From the NCBI RefSeq assembly GCF_008831285.2, contig NC_045138.2, positions 7,378,001 through 7,442,000 of the forward strand: a stretch of 64,000 bases of DNA, in the 5' to 3' direction. Position numbers and translations under genes: made by a program. The notes under the pieces are model-generated. The model ran no database searches. It worked only from the letters and a program-made list of their open reading frames with translations, and was not told the origin of the DNA. Shown here piece by piece: positions 51,101-63,300 of the stretch (within the stretch, counting starts at the first letter, position 1; each line of letters begins with the position of its first letter). Source of the stretch: Nymphaea colorata. Lineage: Eukaryota.

Positions 51101-52460
51101 TATAGGCCATTCTAGTAGAGGATCAAGCTTGCACAATTTTTGTTTAACTAGCTTGCAACTAGGACTTAAGGCCAAATGATGCTCACTCAACTGGGGGTCT
51201 AAACTAGGCATATCCTCATTGGTTCATGTGAAAACTTTTTGGTGGCTTATAAGAAAGTCCACCAATTTTTTCTTCTTGTCTACTGACAAACTAGTGCCAA
51301 TTTGAAGGATGTTAGGATTCTCACTGGCTCCAATATTAATCTTTTCAATCAGATCATTAACTAAGGGCGAGAGTGAATTCCGGTAATTCTAATTCGGGTA
51401 TTGTCGTAAGTTCAACTTCACTGACTATTTGTTTGACAAATGCTTTCTAGGGGGACTTCCAAGGAAAAAGAAGAAACTGAGACATGTCGAATTCCGATGA
51501 CATCCTGTAAAGAGGAGGATAAAGAGAAAATTGAACAAATTCAAAATTGATAACAAAAGATTTGCATTGCATATCAAAAATTCTAAGTTCATAGAAGGGG
51601 TCCTCTTCTGAGATCAGACAAAAAAGACGTTTAAGATTACAAAATTCATGGGAGGATTTGAAACAAAGGTGAATACTACCAGTCAATACGATCTTCTTCA
51701 AATTTCTTCATGATATCCCAGTCCTCTGGTGTTCATCTGAAATGGATGCTAATCGGTTCCAAGATGACATCTTCGTTTTTTCCGATGCCAGTGAATGGAC
51801 GATCGCTATCTTTCAAAAACAACTAAAATTTCTTAGGGTTTTTCATGAAATAAACATACAATGGGTGTTTTTGATAACTCAGATGACTACTTGAAACAGT
51901 ATAAGAGCTCTTGAATGATTCACCTATCTCCATGTTTTGCATCCTTTTTTCCAAAGGCCTGTCCTTTGCTGTTCTTATCGTGGGTACATCCACCAAATCA
52001 ATTGGCCTATGGAGCATCGATTGCACCAACCTTTCGACCGGATCCTCAGCATGTACAGTGATAACTGATAGGCCAAAATTCCAGTTGAGGCATTGATGAA
52101 GAGTGGATGAGATTCCTCGTACTTGGTGGATCCAAGGTCGTCCCAACAGTAAGTTATATGATAGTGGTACATCCACCACATGGAATACAATGCAATGACT
52201 AGTGTTTTTGATGATCACATTCATGTGGAGGGTACCTTTACTGTTCATGCTTTGGCTATCATGTTTGTAGTTCTTGATATCATCAGAGCGATATTTGTCT
52301 TCACAAAATCCCAAAGCTTTGGCCATGAGATCAGGACAAATATTTACGCCACTTCATCCGTCGATCAATACATGTGGCACAGTCATCCCATTGACCTGGA
52401 CGACGATGTAAAAAGCATCTACATGGTAATATCCCCATTTTGAGAGGTTTTTTTCTGAAA
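48150..52460 (-). pseudogene. pol: Ogre pol remnant: protease, G-patch, RT, RNase H, additional RNase H, integrase
   Basis: LIDG*SGVN and YNLLLGRPWIH (PR); TGIGKNEDVILEPI..TRGLGY (G-patch); RLCIDF, FSFMDGYSEYNQI, FGLKNAGTTYQR (RT); YSLIEKTCL (RH); WKMYFDGS..DYEALIQGL (aRH); H..CGGH, GNGQAEATNK, LWAYRTT (INT). Confidence 0.92.
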
Positions 52461-52749
52461 AGGTAATTGACTGGTCCTTAGAGGGTCAAATACAATATCC
52501 CTTAACCATATGCTCTTCCAAGGGGAGGACTTCATCCAAGTAACATGGATCTTCATCTGAAGAGTCATCTGATGATTCATCATCATCGTCTTGTAGGATA
52601 AAAGTCTTTGAAATTATGGAAAGTTTTTTGGATGAACTTTTTATCTCACCGTTCATCATAGCAATAAAATCCAAAGGCTTCTTTCCATGATTTGTCATTA
52701 TGACTTTCTGTGAAAAGCACATCACAAGGTCGGATGTGCTCCTATGGAT

Positions 52750-53400
52750 GATATGAGAGTGGAGTGTCTATGGTGATCGTTGCTATTGTTGCCTTCCTAT
52801 GATCAAGAAATGGATTCCTTAATACCTCGGGAACACTATCATCAATCTTGAGATCCTTATTGATGAAATCTTGGATAATGTTTTTGAAGACAAAATAATC
52901 CTCAGAGTCATGATGAAACTTTCATAATTTTTCTTTATTTCCTTCCATCATTTTTGGAGGCTCTGATAATTTTTCGGGCCATTTTTCCTTGTTTTTGATG
53001 GAGACTGCAAATGGTACTGAGGGTTAAAGCCATGGAAGCATTTTGCTCAAACCTTTCAACAAACATGTTAATCAATTTATCAAATTCCTTTAGTTCGACT
53101 GGGTTGACATTTTCTTTGTACCATTGTGCGGCAAAGCCTTCAAGACTTCTTGAAAAATTGCGAAAGAAAGCTTTGTTATTTGTTCGGATTTTGTAGCAAT
53201 CATTGAAAAAGATTGAAAGATGAACGTGTGGACAGGTGGTTCCAACATATCTAACGAACTCCTTGGGCAAACCTTTCACATCCTCGTCCTCTTTAATACC
53301 AAGGTCGTAATCCTCACATGAATATGAGTGTTATCCTTTTTTCCTAAAGTTTATATTGTTCATTCTTTTTCCCATTTCATAAAAGCTGCCCTTAGTTGGA
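52750..53400 (-). pseudogene. gag: Ogre gag remnant
   Basis: YVGTTCPHVHL..FSRSLEGFAAQWY..FDKLINMFVERF is retrotransposon gag-like. Confidence 0.8.
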
Positions 53401-54299
53401 CTTCATCATCACTTGATTCAACTAATTTTGGCTTTGTCTTTTCTTCTTGCCCTTGATCTCTTTTACTTTCTCTGCAAAACTCTCACTGTTCAAGCTACTG
53501 CTAGGGATGTACTTCTTTGTCTTTTTTCCCTTTTTGGTAGGCTTTCTCTTTCTTTTGTGTTTCTCTTCCGAACTTCCAATGGTGATAGGGCTAGGTGAGC
53601 TACTTTCTTCTATAATTTATTTTCCATTCTTGCTTCTATTTGTTGTCTTTTTTTTCTTGAGAGAAAGCAATTCGGGTTTTTTCTCCTTATTAGTTGCTGA
53701 ATCTGATCCCAGGTAACCTACATCTGGTTTTGTAAGGGAAGATTTGTTGTTTTTCTTCTTTCTCTTTTGCTAGCTTTTTTTGGTTATGGAATAATCATCA
53801 GAGCTTTTTGTTCTTCTTGCTCCCTCATGAATCGCTCCATGAACAATTGGAACATATGGTAGCCTTCTAGCTCAATTGCTGGGAGGCCAAGTGTTTCTGG
53901 CTTAAGCTCGATAGATAAAGCTTCGTTCTAAGGAGCCTATTTAGCTTGTGATATGGTTTCCACCATCTTGTTGGCTTTCAAGTATTCACCTTGTGAGACA
54001 GGAAAATGAAGAGTCATTGGAAGGAAATGATGACAAAATGAAGGTTCACATCGTATTAAGAGTTTTAAAAGTGACATCAAATGAAAACACTAATAAAGAT
54101 GACAAAGAATGAAGGTGAAATAAAGAGTACAAAGTTAACAACATAAACTATTAAGAAAGGACAGATGGTGGTCAGTTGGCATCCCACCACTCGACATATT
54201 CCTTCTTTACCACTAGGCCTATGAACCAAATGTATGATATCTGCGCCTTCCACTCTTGTCGAGCTATTGCAAACAATGCCGCTCATTGAGGAGAGCTGA

Positions 54300-55400
54300 G
54301 GTCGAATTCATGAATAGCTCTAATTGGTGTATGCACAGAAACCATCTTCTGCCTCTGAGAGAATTGCCTCATGCATCTATAAGCACAGTAATCAACTATG
54401 AAGTGACGGCTCAAGAGTGTGATATACCCATGATGATGGTGAGTGTATTGAGCTAGACCCTGACGACGATTACAATAGTCCCAAATGATCTCATCTCCAT
54501 CTAACTACACGATCAAATGACTGTATTATTCTAAGACTATCAATGCTCCATCAGTGTTTCTGAATAGACTGGCTTGGGTCCCTCGTGCTTGAGAAATCAC
54601 AATTGCAAAGCATATGTGTATCCTTCCATGAAGTTGGTATCTCTAATAGTGAAGCAAGTGAGTCCTTGATAAAGAAGAGCCAATGCTATCATTGCTACTA
54701 ACAAGTGTCAGGTTCCACTATGCAGGGCACCATACAATGTTTAATTTTTCCTATATCTTTTTAAGGTAAAGTGGAAGGTTCAACATAGAATCCAAATTCT
54801 TCATACAAGTTTTTTAGGTTGATGCTTTGGCTCTCATGGTTTTCTAATAAGAGCCAAGTTTTTCATCCAGTAAAATGAGCTATAAGATCATTTGCATTAA
54901 CCTTGGTCGGGTTCATGAGGAACTGTTACTCTAATGGTTCATTTGGGTCACAAGTTGGGGTGGGGAGGTCTAGTATTTCTGCAAATTTATCTAATGGCAC
55001 TATCATTTCTCTCCATAGATACAAAAAAGATGAGGTCTTGGGTTCCATCGCTCAACAATTGCATGCACTAAATTTTCATCCACTGTTTGCATTTCTTCGA
55101 CAACCACTGTCTCTAGCCCACATTCTTCAAAGTAGGGAAGGAAACAATTGAGAAAAGGTGGGATGTCAAAACCGATACCATTCTGGAGCCCAAGGTTTAG
55201 ACTCAAGAGAGATGTAAGCAGACCATTCAGGTCATTCTCCGAAAGCGAATGTGTTCATAAAAGAAGGTGACACCAAGTTGGAATACTTCTTGAATGATGA
55301 CTCTGAAGGGTAGAGATTAGATAAGTGAAAAAGATTGACTAGGTTGACAAAAACAATATAAAGTAGATGTATATAATGAGGTTGTAAAACATCATATAAG
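54300..55400 (-). pseudogene. Extra ORF upstream of gag, plant mobile domain (PMD)-like remnant; boundaries approximate
   Basis: LVHAIVERWNPRPHLF (55003-55206 ORF) continues after a frameshift as EMIVPLDKFAEILDLP, resembling the PMD motif LVERW.P.THTF...GE.T.TL.D...ILGLP. Confidence 0.7.
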
Positions 55401-56026
55401 GTTTTATGCACATCCATATGTCATTTGAAATAATGTTGGACAAAAATAGATATAAGGACCTAATTAAGATAATTTTATGTCACGATAATCCAATGTCAAG
55501 TTATACTTATGTGCTTTAGCCGGATGGCTTAGTACTAGCATAAACTCTTCCTTAACCAACTAAGGGTAGGGTTCATCAACTTCTTCTTGATCACTCGTCG
55601 ATATACCACAAATTACCACACATGGTACTAATGAGGTCCAGTTGTAAGGCTTAGTCTTGTGCTACCGCTTAAGACAGCTTGGGAACATGATGACCAGGAC
55701 AAATAAGTATAAGGAGTTTTGAAATATGCAAATCAGTTGTCTCTAGTGTAATGTTGACTAAGATGATGATTAAAATAAATAGAAGAGTAAATATTCAAAC
55801 AACTCTTAAATTGAGGAGGGTTGTATTTGATACTAGATCTAATTGAACATAATTAAACCTCCTCAATTAGTCTTACATGCAAGAAAACGAAGATAATCAC
55901 CAAACAATGTAATGAAATACCGATGGGATCAAGGCCAAGACAGGGGACATGCTTTATCATTGGCAATATGGGAGATGTTCAAGTAAATAAAAATGTATCA
56001 ATGATAATCATAGCCAAACGATGACA

Positions 56027-56044
56027 GTCCCATCATGGTCGCCA
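56027..56044 (-). other. Primer-binding site of Ogre element (probably tRNA-Arg type)
   Basis: TGGCGACCATGATGGGAC 2 nt after the 5' LTR; TGGCGAC-type PBS is typical of Ogre/Tat elements. Confidence 0.75.
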
Positions 56045-56046
56045 TC

Positions 56047-59000
56047 TGTTCACATCCATAAAAAATTTATTGGTTTTTGGAGTGCTCCAGGAAAACGAGA
56101 TTTTATTTTGAAAATAAGAGAGAAAGAGACTTGCTCGTTGGTACGAGGATCGACTATTACCGGTGCCTTTACCGAGGGTAATAATAACAAGAGCTATGTT
56201 TATCCTTGATGCATTTCATTTTGACTTGAACATCTTTTTCATTCTATATGCGGTGTAGTGTTTGAAAAAATATTGAAAACATGATGTTTTAAATCTTTGA
56301 GAAAATTTTGAAGAATCATTTGAAAGTGGAAAATATTTCGATTTGGAAAATCTTGGATGGGAAAATATCAATTGGAAATCTTTAAAGATTACTTTTGGAA
56401 ACTACACATGTATATATGCATTCATCTATATGTGAAAATTTGTAAAATAAAATATAAAAACATAGAGAGAGAAGAAGAAGGAAATCATCATGTGTACATA
56501 TATGTATATAACATACATATAGATATGTGTCTTCATAAGATTAAAAGTAACTTAAAACATCTGACTTCAAATTTGATGTAGGCCAGAGGAGAGCTTGGAC
56601 TCATGTAAGAGCCTAAGCTAAGTCTCCAATGCTATTTTATAAAAGGGTTCTTACGAAAATATTTTAGAAAACATGATTTCAAATATTTTTATATAAGAAC
56701 ATAAAACATAGTTATTTCATTTGTTACAAGGAAATATATTTCTTCCACCGTTGGTAATAGAAGAAAATCAAACCACATGATAAGGCGCTCATTAGGTTTC
56801 CTAATTGGAAGATTACAAGGAAACTGACGCAAAATAACATGAAAATGCATATCAACACGTACATATTTGTGAGGGTTTTTCCTAGATTGGACAAACACCA
56901 ACCTCAAAAATTAACACTAGAATGAACAAATATCAAACCACACTCTCATTTTTGCCATGCATTCACATATATAAACAGAAAAATTAAGCAACTATGCATG
57001 AACAATATCTCCAAAATGAGACAACATTCAAGTAATGAAGAGAACTTGTTCAATCATGCAATATCATCTCATCTTCTCTTGCTTTCGGTGTACTCGAGCA
57101 TAGCTTCTTGACTCTAAATTAGAGATTTGAGAGCTATCTCATATGGCCATGGGGAAATGAAAAGGAAAGGAGATAAGGAAACCAAAACAAGGTTAGATTC
57201 AAGAAAAGAAAGAACATGATTCAATCATAAAATGGAATATCATCTCATCTTTTCACTCTCCTGATGCACTCAAGAATAGTTTTTTGACTACAAAAGGGAG
57301 ATTTTAGAGTGATCATATGTGGCAATGAAGAGATAAAAAGGAGGGGAAACAAGAGAATCACAACAAGACTATATTCAAGAAAATGGAGAGCAAAAGAACT
57401 TGTTCAATCATGAAATGAAATATCATCTCATATTCTCATACTCCCGGTGCACTCAAGAATAGCTTCTTAACTTTAAAATAGAGATTTGAGAGCTATCTTA
57501 TATGGCCATGAGGAGATGAACAAGAGAACCAAAACAAGACGATATTCAAGAAAAGAGAGACAACAATGAAAAGAATGAAATGAGATGTTGATTACATACC
57601 TCTAATGAAAATGATTTTAGGAAAAAAATGAAGAACCTTGCTTGGAATGATCATAGATCCCCATATAGGGCTGCACAACGAGTCGAGCCAGCTCGGGCTC
57701 GACTCGAACTCGCCCGGTTAAACTCGGCTCGAGCTCGACTCGTTTATAAACGAGTCGAGTTCGAGCTTATAATGAAACTCGAATGAGTAAACGAGTCGAG
57801 TTCGAGTTTTAAGAACTCGACTCGTTTATACTCGACTCGACTCGTTTATATACATTATGTCCTATTTCCATTTTGTATTTTACTAGATATTTTAAAAAGA
57901 AGGATCATATTTTATTTAGATGAGCTAATCGAGTTAATCGAGTCGAGCTTGAGCTCGACTTTGTTTAATCGAGTCGAGCTCGAGCTTGTGTTAGGTAGCT
58001 CGACTCGAGTTCGAGCTCGTTGAGTCGAGTCGAGCTCGAGCTGGGCAAGCTCGAGCTCGACTCGGCTCGTGTGGAGCACTATCCCCATAGGTGGAACAAT
58101 AAAATGATGAAGAGGATGCCTCCATGAGATCTCTTCGTGCTACCTTGAAGACTTGTAGCTTGATGAAGCTTGCTGCCAAAATTGGAGGAGAAAAAAAGGA
58201 ATAAAAAGGAAAGAGGAAGAGGGAAATGAAGGAAGAGAGCTAAGGGAAAAACTTTAAGTCTTCAAGTGAGAATGCACTAAGTTTCTCCAAGGGCTAGCTC
58301 ATGCCCAAGAGGGAGGATTGTGTAGGTATTTACAGTTTTGGAGCCAAAACTTAAAATTTAAATTTTTTTGAATTTCACGACATTTTCATACAAATTTTAA
58401 ATAATTTTGAATTATTTTCAATTTTTTTTTAAACACAATAGGTTTTGACTAAGTGGGGATTGGACATTAGCCCTGCAAACACCCTTTTGGGGTGTGGGCA
58501 GGGCTATTGCCCACCCAAATGGACCAAAACCACCCCTTGGGGGGTGGTTTTGATATGCAAATGGGGCTGCGCATTGCGCAGGCCCCGGTCTTGGAGCTGT
58601 TGCGTGCAGCGATCGATCACGTGATGCGCGGTTGTGCGATTATGCGTTGCCCGATTCTCATTTTTTTTATTATTTATTTTTATTTTATATATTTTTCTTT
58701 AAACTTTATGATATGAAATAAGGATTTTTCGTATAAAAGCATAAAAATCCATTTTTTGTTTAATTTATTAAAAAATTGTATACAACTATTTTTTTTCATT
58801 ACAAAAGAGTGGTCAGCTTCGTTTTAAGTTTCAAAAACATATTTTGGTGCGAGGACGAGGCATAAAACAAGGGAAAGGTCTATGCACGCGTGCGTGACGC
58901 TTATGGCACGAGACTTTGTTGTTTTGAATTCGATTTTGGATTTTGAGTTTCAAATGGTCGATTAGGATCTAAACTTGGATTTTGGATCTAATTTGGATCT

Positions 59001-59096
59001 GAGAGTTGGATTTTGGATTTGAATCTTGTGTCTAAATTTGGGTTTTGTGCTTCGGTAAAATAATGTAATCTTTTGGAAAAATTTGAGGGGATTACA
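56047..59096 (-). repeat. 5' LTR of Ogre element (3050 bp including a MITE)
   Basis: Aligns with 44150-47717 except for a missing block of about 950 bp at about 56400 and the MITE insertion. Confidence 0.92.
57666..58081. mobile_element. hAT-type MITE (CGAGCTCGACTCG family) inserted in the Ogre 5' LTR
   Basis: TIRs TAGGGCTGCACA / TGTGGAGCACTA; perfect TSD TCCCCATA at 57658-57665 and 58082-58089; empty site in the other LTR at about 46724. Confidence 0.95.
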
Positions 59097-59996
59097 CTTA
59101 CTGTTTTTGCTCCAATAGTTTTTTCATCCTTCTTATGAGTAGTAGTAGTAGGTCTATCTATCAAATGGTGGGCCCATTGTTGCCTCTCGGATTGTTCAGA
59201 AACCTCTATTGGACTGTATTTGTTCAAAATCTGAGTCCCTTTTTCTCTACTATGGTCTTGCTTGCTGTTACTTCTCGGTGGAAAATCAGATGAAAGTTCA
59301 GATGCCATATGGGGCATGTAAGATGTGAAGAATGCAAAAGAAGCAGACATTATACTTGTCTGACAAAAACCACGAGGGTTTAAATTGGGGAAAAAAACGG
59401 AGATATAGAAAGGATAATAGTTTTTGAATCCAGTCAACATTGTTAGCTTAAAAATCTACAACCAACCTCTAAAGATCTAAGTCCCTAGGTAAAGTGACGA
59501 TGCTTAGCATTAGCAGCTTTGGAATCCCAGCCTTTCTACTCATATAAGCTTGTTGAAGTATAGGCACACCTAGGATTCGTTGGAATGATGATTCCAAGGG
59601 AACGTTTCCACAAGTAACGACCTGTAATTAATCAGATCAACCAATATAAGAAAGCTAGAAAGTAGCAAAAGATTGAGATACTTAGAAAGCACATTAGAAC
59701 ACTATCCAGTCATCTACTATGCTGTCAACACCTGAAGTTACTTATAACTTATAAGCAGACTTAGTATGCAGACTTTAGTATGCTTGAGGATACAAGAAAA
59801 AGAAAGGAATATGCATTTATATTTATACCACATCACATTTTTGGACTTATGACAGAGATGGATCTCAAACCTCTACGGCAAAGCAAGGAGTAAAAGACCT
59901 CGACTGTGGCAGGTTGGCAGCGGTGATGCAGTGACAGTGTCTGTTGGTGTCCTGAAGTCAAGGGAAGTGGAAACCCTTACGTGTTATCTGAATATC

Positions 59997-60305
59997 TGTT
60001 TTAGGAGCAGCGACGGTGGTCCAGCAGCGGTGCAGTGACGGTGGAAATGGCATCCCCGGCAAAGCAGCTGAGAAAATAACAGTAAGGAAAAAGAAGAAGA
60101 TACTCAATTGGAAGAATCGTAACTTCTCTGTATTGCTATTGTCAATATTTCATCCTAATATACACGGTAGCAAGAATTTAGGGATATGGAGTTACAACGG
60201 TTTCTTTGTTACAACAAAATTTGGAAACAATATCTTGACTAATAAATAAGATTTTATCTTCAAAATCCAAACTGATTCGGTAGCCATCCTGCTAGTCATC
60301 CTACA
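59997..60305 (-). repeat. 3' LTR of right copia element (left boundary uncertain)
   Basis: TG start directly after the PPT; CA end is a candidate only, since the partner LTR is not in the window. Confidence 0.6.
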
Positions 60306-60312
60306 CTCCCCC

Positions 60313-63300
60313 TCAAGTTGGAGTGTGTAGATCTGTGACACCCAACTTGGCCTTCAAGCTTTGGAACATATCTCTACCCAATGGTTTTGTGAAAATATCA
60401 GCCAGCTGCAATGACGTGGATACATGCTGAGGTTGAATTACTTTTTGTTGAACCTTCTCTCGAACAAAGTGACAATCCAGTTCTATATGTTTTGTTCGTT
60501 CATGAAAAACTGGATTTTTGGAGATATACAAGGCTGCTTGATTGTCACAATATAGGCTTATTGGTTTGTGATGATGTACATCTAAATCCTTTAATAGTGC
60601 CTTCAACCATACAATTTCGCATGCAGCAGTAGCCATCGCTCGATATTCCGCTTCTGCGGATGATCTGGCTACAGTAGTTTGCTTCTTTGACTTCCATGAG
60701 ATTGGACTTTTATCGAGAAAAACCACAAAACCACTTACTGATTTCCGACTTGAAGGACAACTCGTCCAATCAGAATCACAATATGCTCTTAACTGCATTT
60801 CACTAGATGATGATAGAAAGATACCTTTTCCAGGAGATGATTTTAAGTATCTTAGTATACGAAGAGCTGCTTCATAATGTGGAAGTCGTGGTGATTGCAT
60901 GAATTGACTTAACGTATGAACTGAATATGTTATTTCTGGACGAGTAATGGTCAAATAGATCAAGCGCCCTACTAACCTTCGATACATAGCTGGATCTTTA
61001 ATCGGTTCACCTTCTTCTGGAGTTAGTTTCAGTTTTTGATCCATAGGAAAATCGGCTGGTTTTGCTCCTAATAGACCAGCGTCAGAAAGAATCTCCAATG
61101 CATACTTTCTTTGATTTAAAAATATCCCGGATGGCGCTCGAGCAACCTCAATTCCTAGGAAATACTTGAGATTTCCTAGATCTTTTATATGGAATCTAGA
61201 GTGTAAGAAGGTCTTGATTGAAGAAATACCTTGCTCATCATTTCCTGTAATAATAAGATCATCCACATACACTAGGATAGCAATAAACTGATTTCCAGAG
61301 TGTCGAGTGAATAATGTGTAATCTGCATTGGATTGAATAAAATGAGCATCCTTAAGGGCAGTCATGAGCTTGTGAAACCAGTTACGTTGTGATTGTTTAA
61401 GTCCGTACAAGGACTTATGGAGGCGACAAACAGTCGTACTGGAATACTCCCCCTCACGAAGAAGACCTGGAGGAATGGTCATATAAACTTCTTCGTGCAG
61501 CTCCCCATGTATGAAAGCATTACTAACGTCCATTTGATATAGGGACCATTGGCGAGTTGCAACAACCGCAAGTAAAGTCCTCATGGTAGTAAGCTTCGCG
61601 ACTGGAGCAAAAGTCTCATGAAAATCAATACCCTCAATTTGTGTATACCCTTTTGCTACAAGTCGGGCTTTGTAGCGTTCGATGGTACCATCAGACCTCC
61701 GTTTGACTTTATATACCCAACGACAACCAATTGGAATTTTGTTTGGAGGTAGGGTAGTAAGGGACCAGGTGGTATTTTGTTGGAGAGCATGGATCTCATC
61801 AGCCATAGCTTGGCGCCAGTGTTGATGTTGCACCGCGTCCGCATACGAGGTAGGTTCAGCATCACTCAAAATAGAGGTTAAAAATGCAAAGTGTTGTGAA
61901 GAAAACTTAGAATGGTAAAGATAATTCTGAATGGGATACCGTGTACCTGAAGATGGCGTCATGGAGTGAGGATCCTTAGGCGGCGAATCTGATACCATTA
62001 CGTTTGAGCACACATACTGATTGAGATATGAAGGTGGGTGTCTTGGGCGGCTTGATTTTCGTATGGTGGGTTCAGATTGGGATGAAATGGAAGAATTAGG
62101 ATGGTTGACTGGTTCAGTAGACACGAGATGAGTAGGTGGAATGGATGGCGACATTGGTGGAGCTGGCTCAGGCGCACTTACAATTGGAGAGTCACTTTCT
62201 TCACTCATATAGTCTTCTTGTGGTGTTGGCAGCACAGGTGAGTTCAAACCATCATCATTTTGAAATTGGAATGGGAACCAGTCTTCATAAAATACCACAT
62301 CACGACTTATAAAAATTTCTTTGGAGTCAAGATTATAGACTTTATATCCTTTTTTATTTGAAGGATATCCTACAAAAATGCATCTATATGCACGTGTGGT
62401 AAATTTATCTCGGTGTACACTCATATTTCGAGCATAACATAGACATCCAAATACACGCAAATCTTCATAGATGGGTGTTTTATGAAACAAGAGTTCAAAA
62501 AGAGATTTATTATTCAAAATAGGGGATGGGAGACGATTAATCAAGAAGGTGGCTGTTAAAATACATTCGCCCCAAAACTTAATAGGTAAGTGTGCATGAA
62601 AACGAAGCGCTCGGGCGACTTCAAGTAAGTGACGATGTTTTCTTTCAACTCTTCCATTTTGTTGCGGTGTCGCAACACATGAAGTTTGGTGTTCGATCTC
62701 ATGCATATAAAGAAATTCTTGCATATTATTTGCAAGAAATTCTGAACCATTGTCACTTCGAAGACATTTAATTTTGGTATGAAATTGGTTTTCTACCATA
62801 GCATGGAACCGAGTGAAACAAGAAAAAGTTTCAGACTTAAAACGCATTAAGAAGACCCAAGTTGCACGAGAGAAATCATCAACTATAGTGAGGAAGTAGT
62901 GCGCTCCAGTATGTGAGGGCGGGGCATATCCTCCCCAAATATCGCAGTGAAGTAATGCAAATGGAAAACTTGCTCTACTACTACTATGAGAAAAGGGCAA
63001 GCGAGAGAACTTAGCTTTATGACAAGCATCACATAGAAATTCATGCTTGGAAATAAGAACATCAGAATTCAAAGATTGAGTTTTGTCAAACGACGGGTGT
63101 CCAAGTCTCATATGCCAAACATGAGATTTATTAAGGGAAGAAACAGAAAGAGCATGAGAACTGGCCGGTAATCGTAGATGATACAGTCCGCCGCATAAGC
63201 TACCCACTCCAATCAGCCTCTTCGACAAACGGTCTTGAAAGAGACAACAAGATGAGAGAAAAACAGCAGCATAGTCAGTGGTTTTTGTGAGTTTAGGGAT

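Larger units (their letters stand above)
44150..59096 (-). mobile_element. Full-length but decayed Ty3/gypsy LTR retrotransposon, Ogre/Tat lineage
   Basis: LTRs 44150-47717 and 56047-59096 (TG...CA); TSD CTTAT/CTTAC; PBS TGGCGACCATGATGGGAC; PPT AAAGAGGGACAAT; order extra ORF-gag-PR-RT-RH-aRH-INT. Confidence 0.93.
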
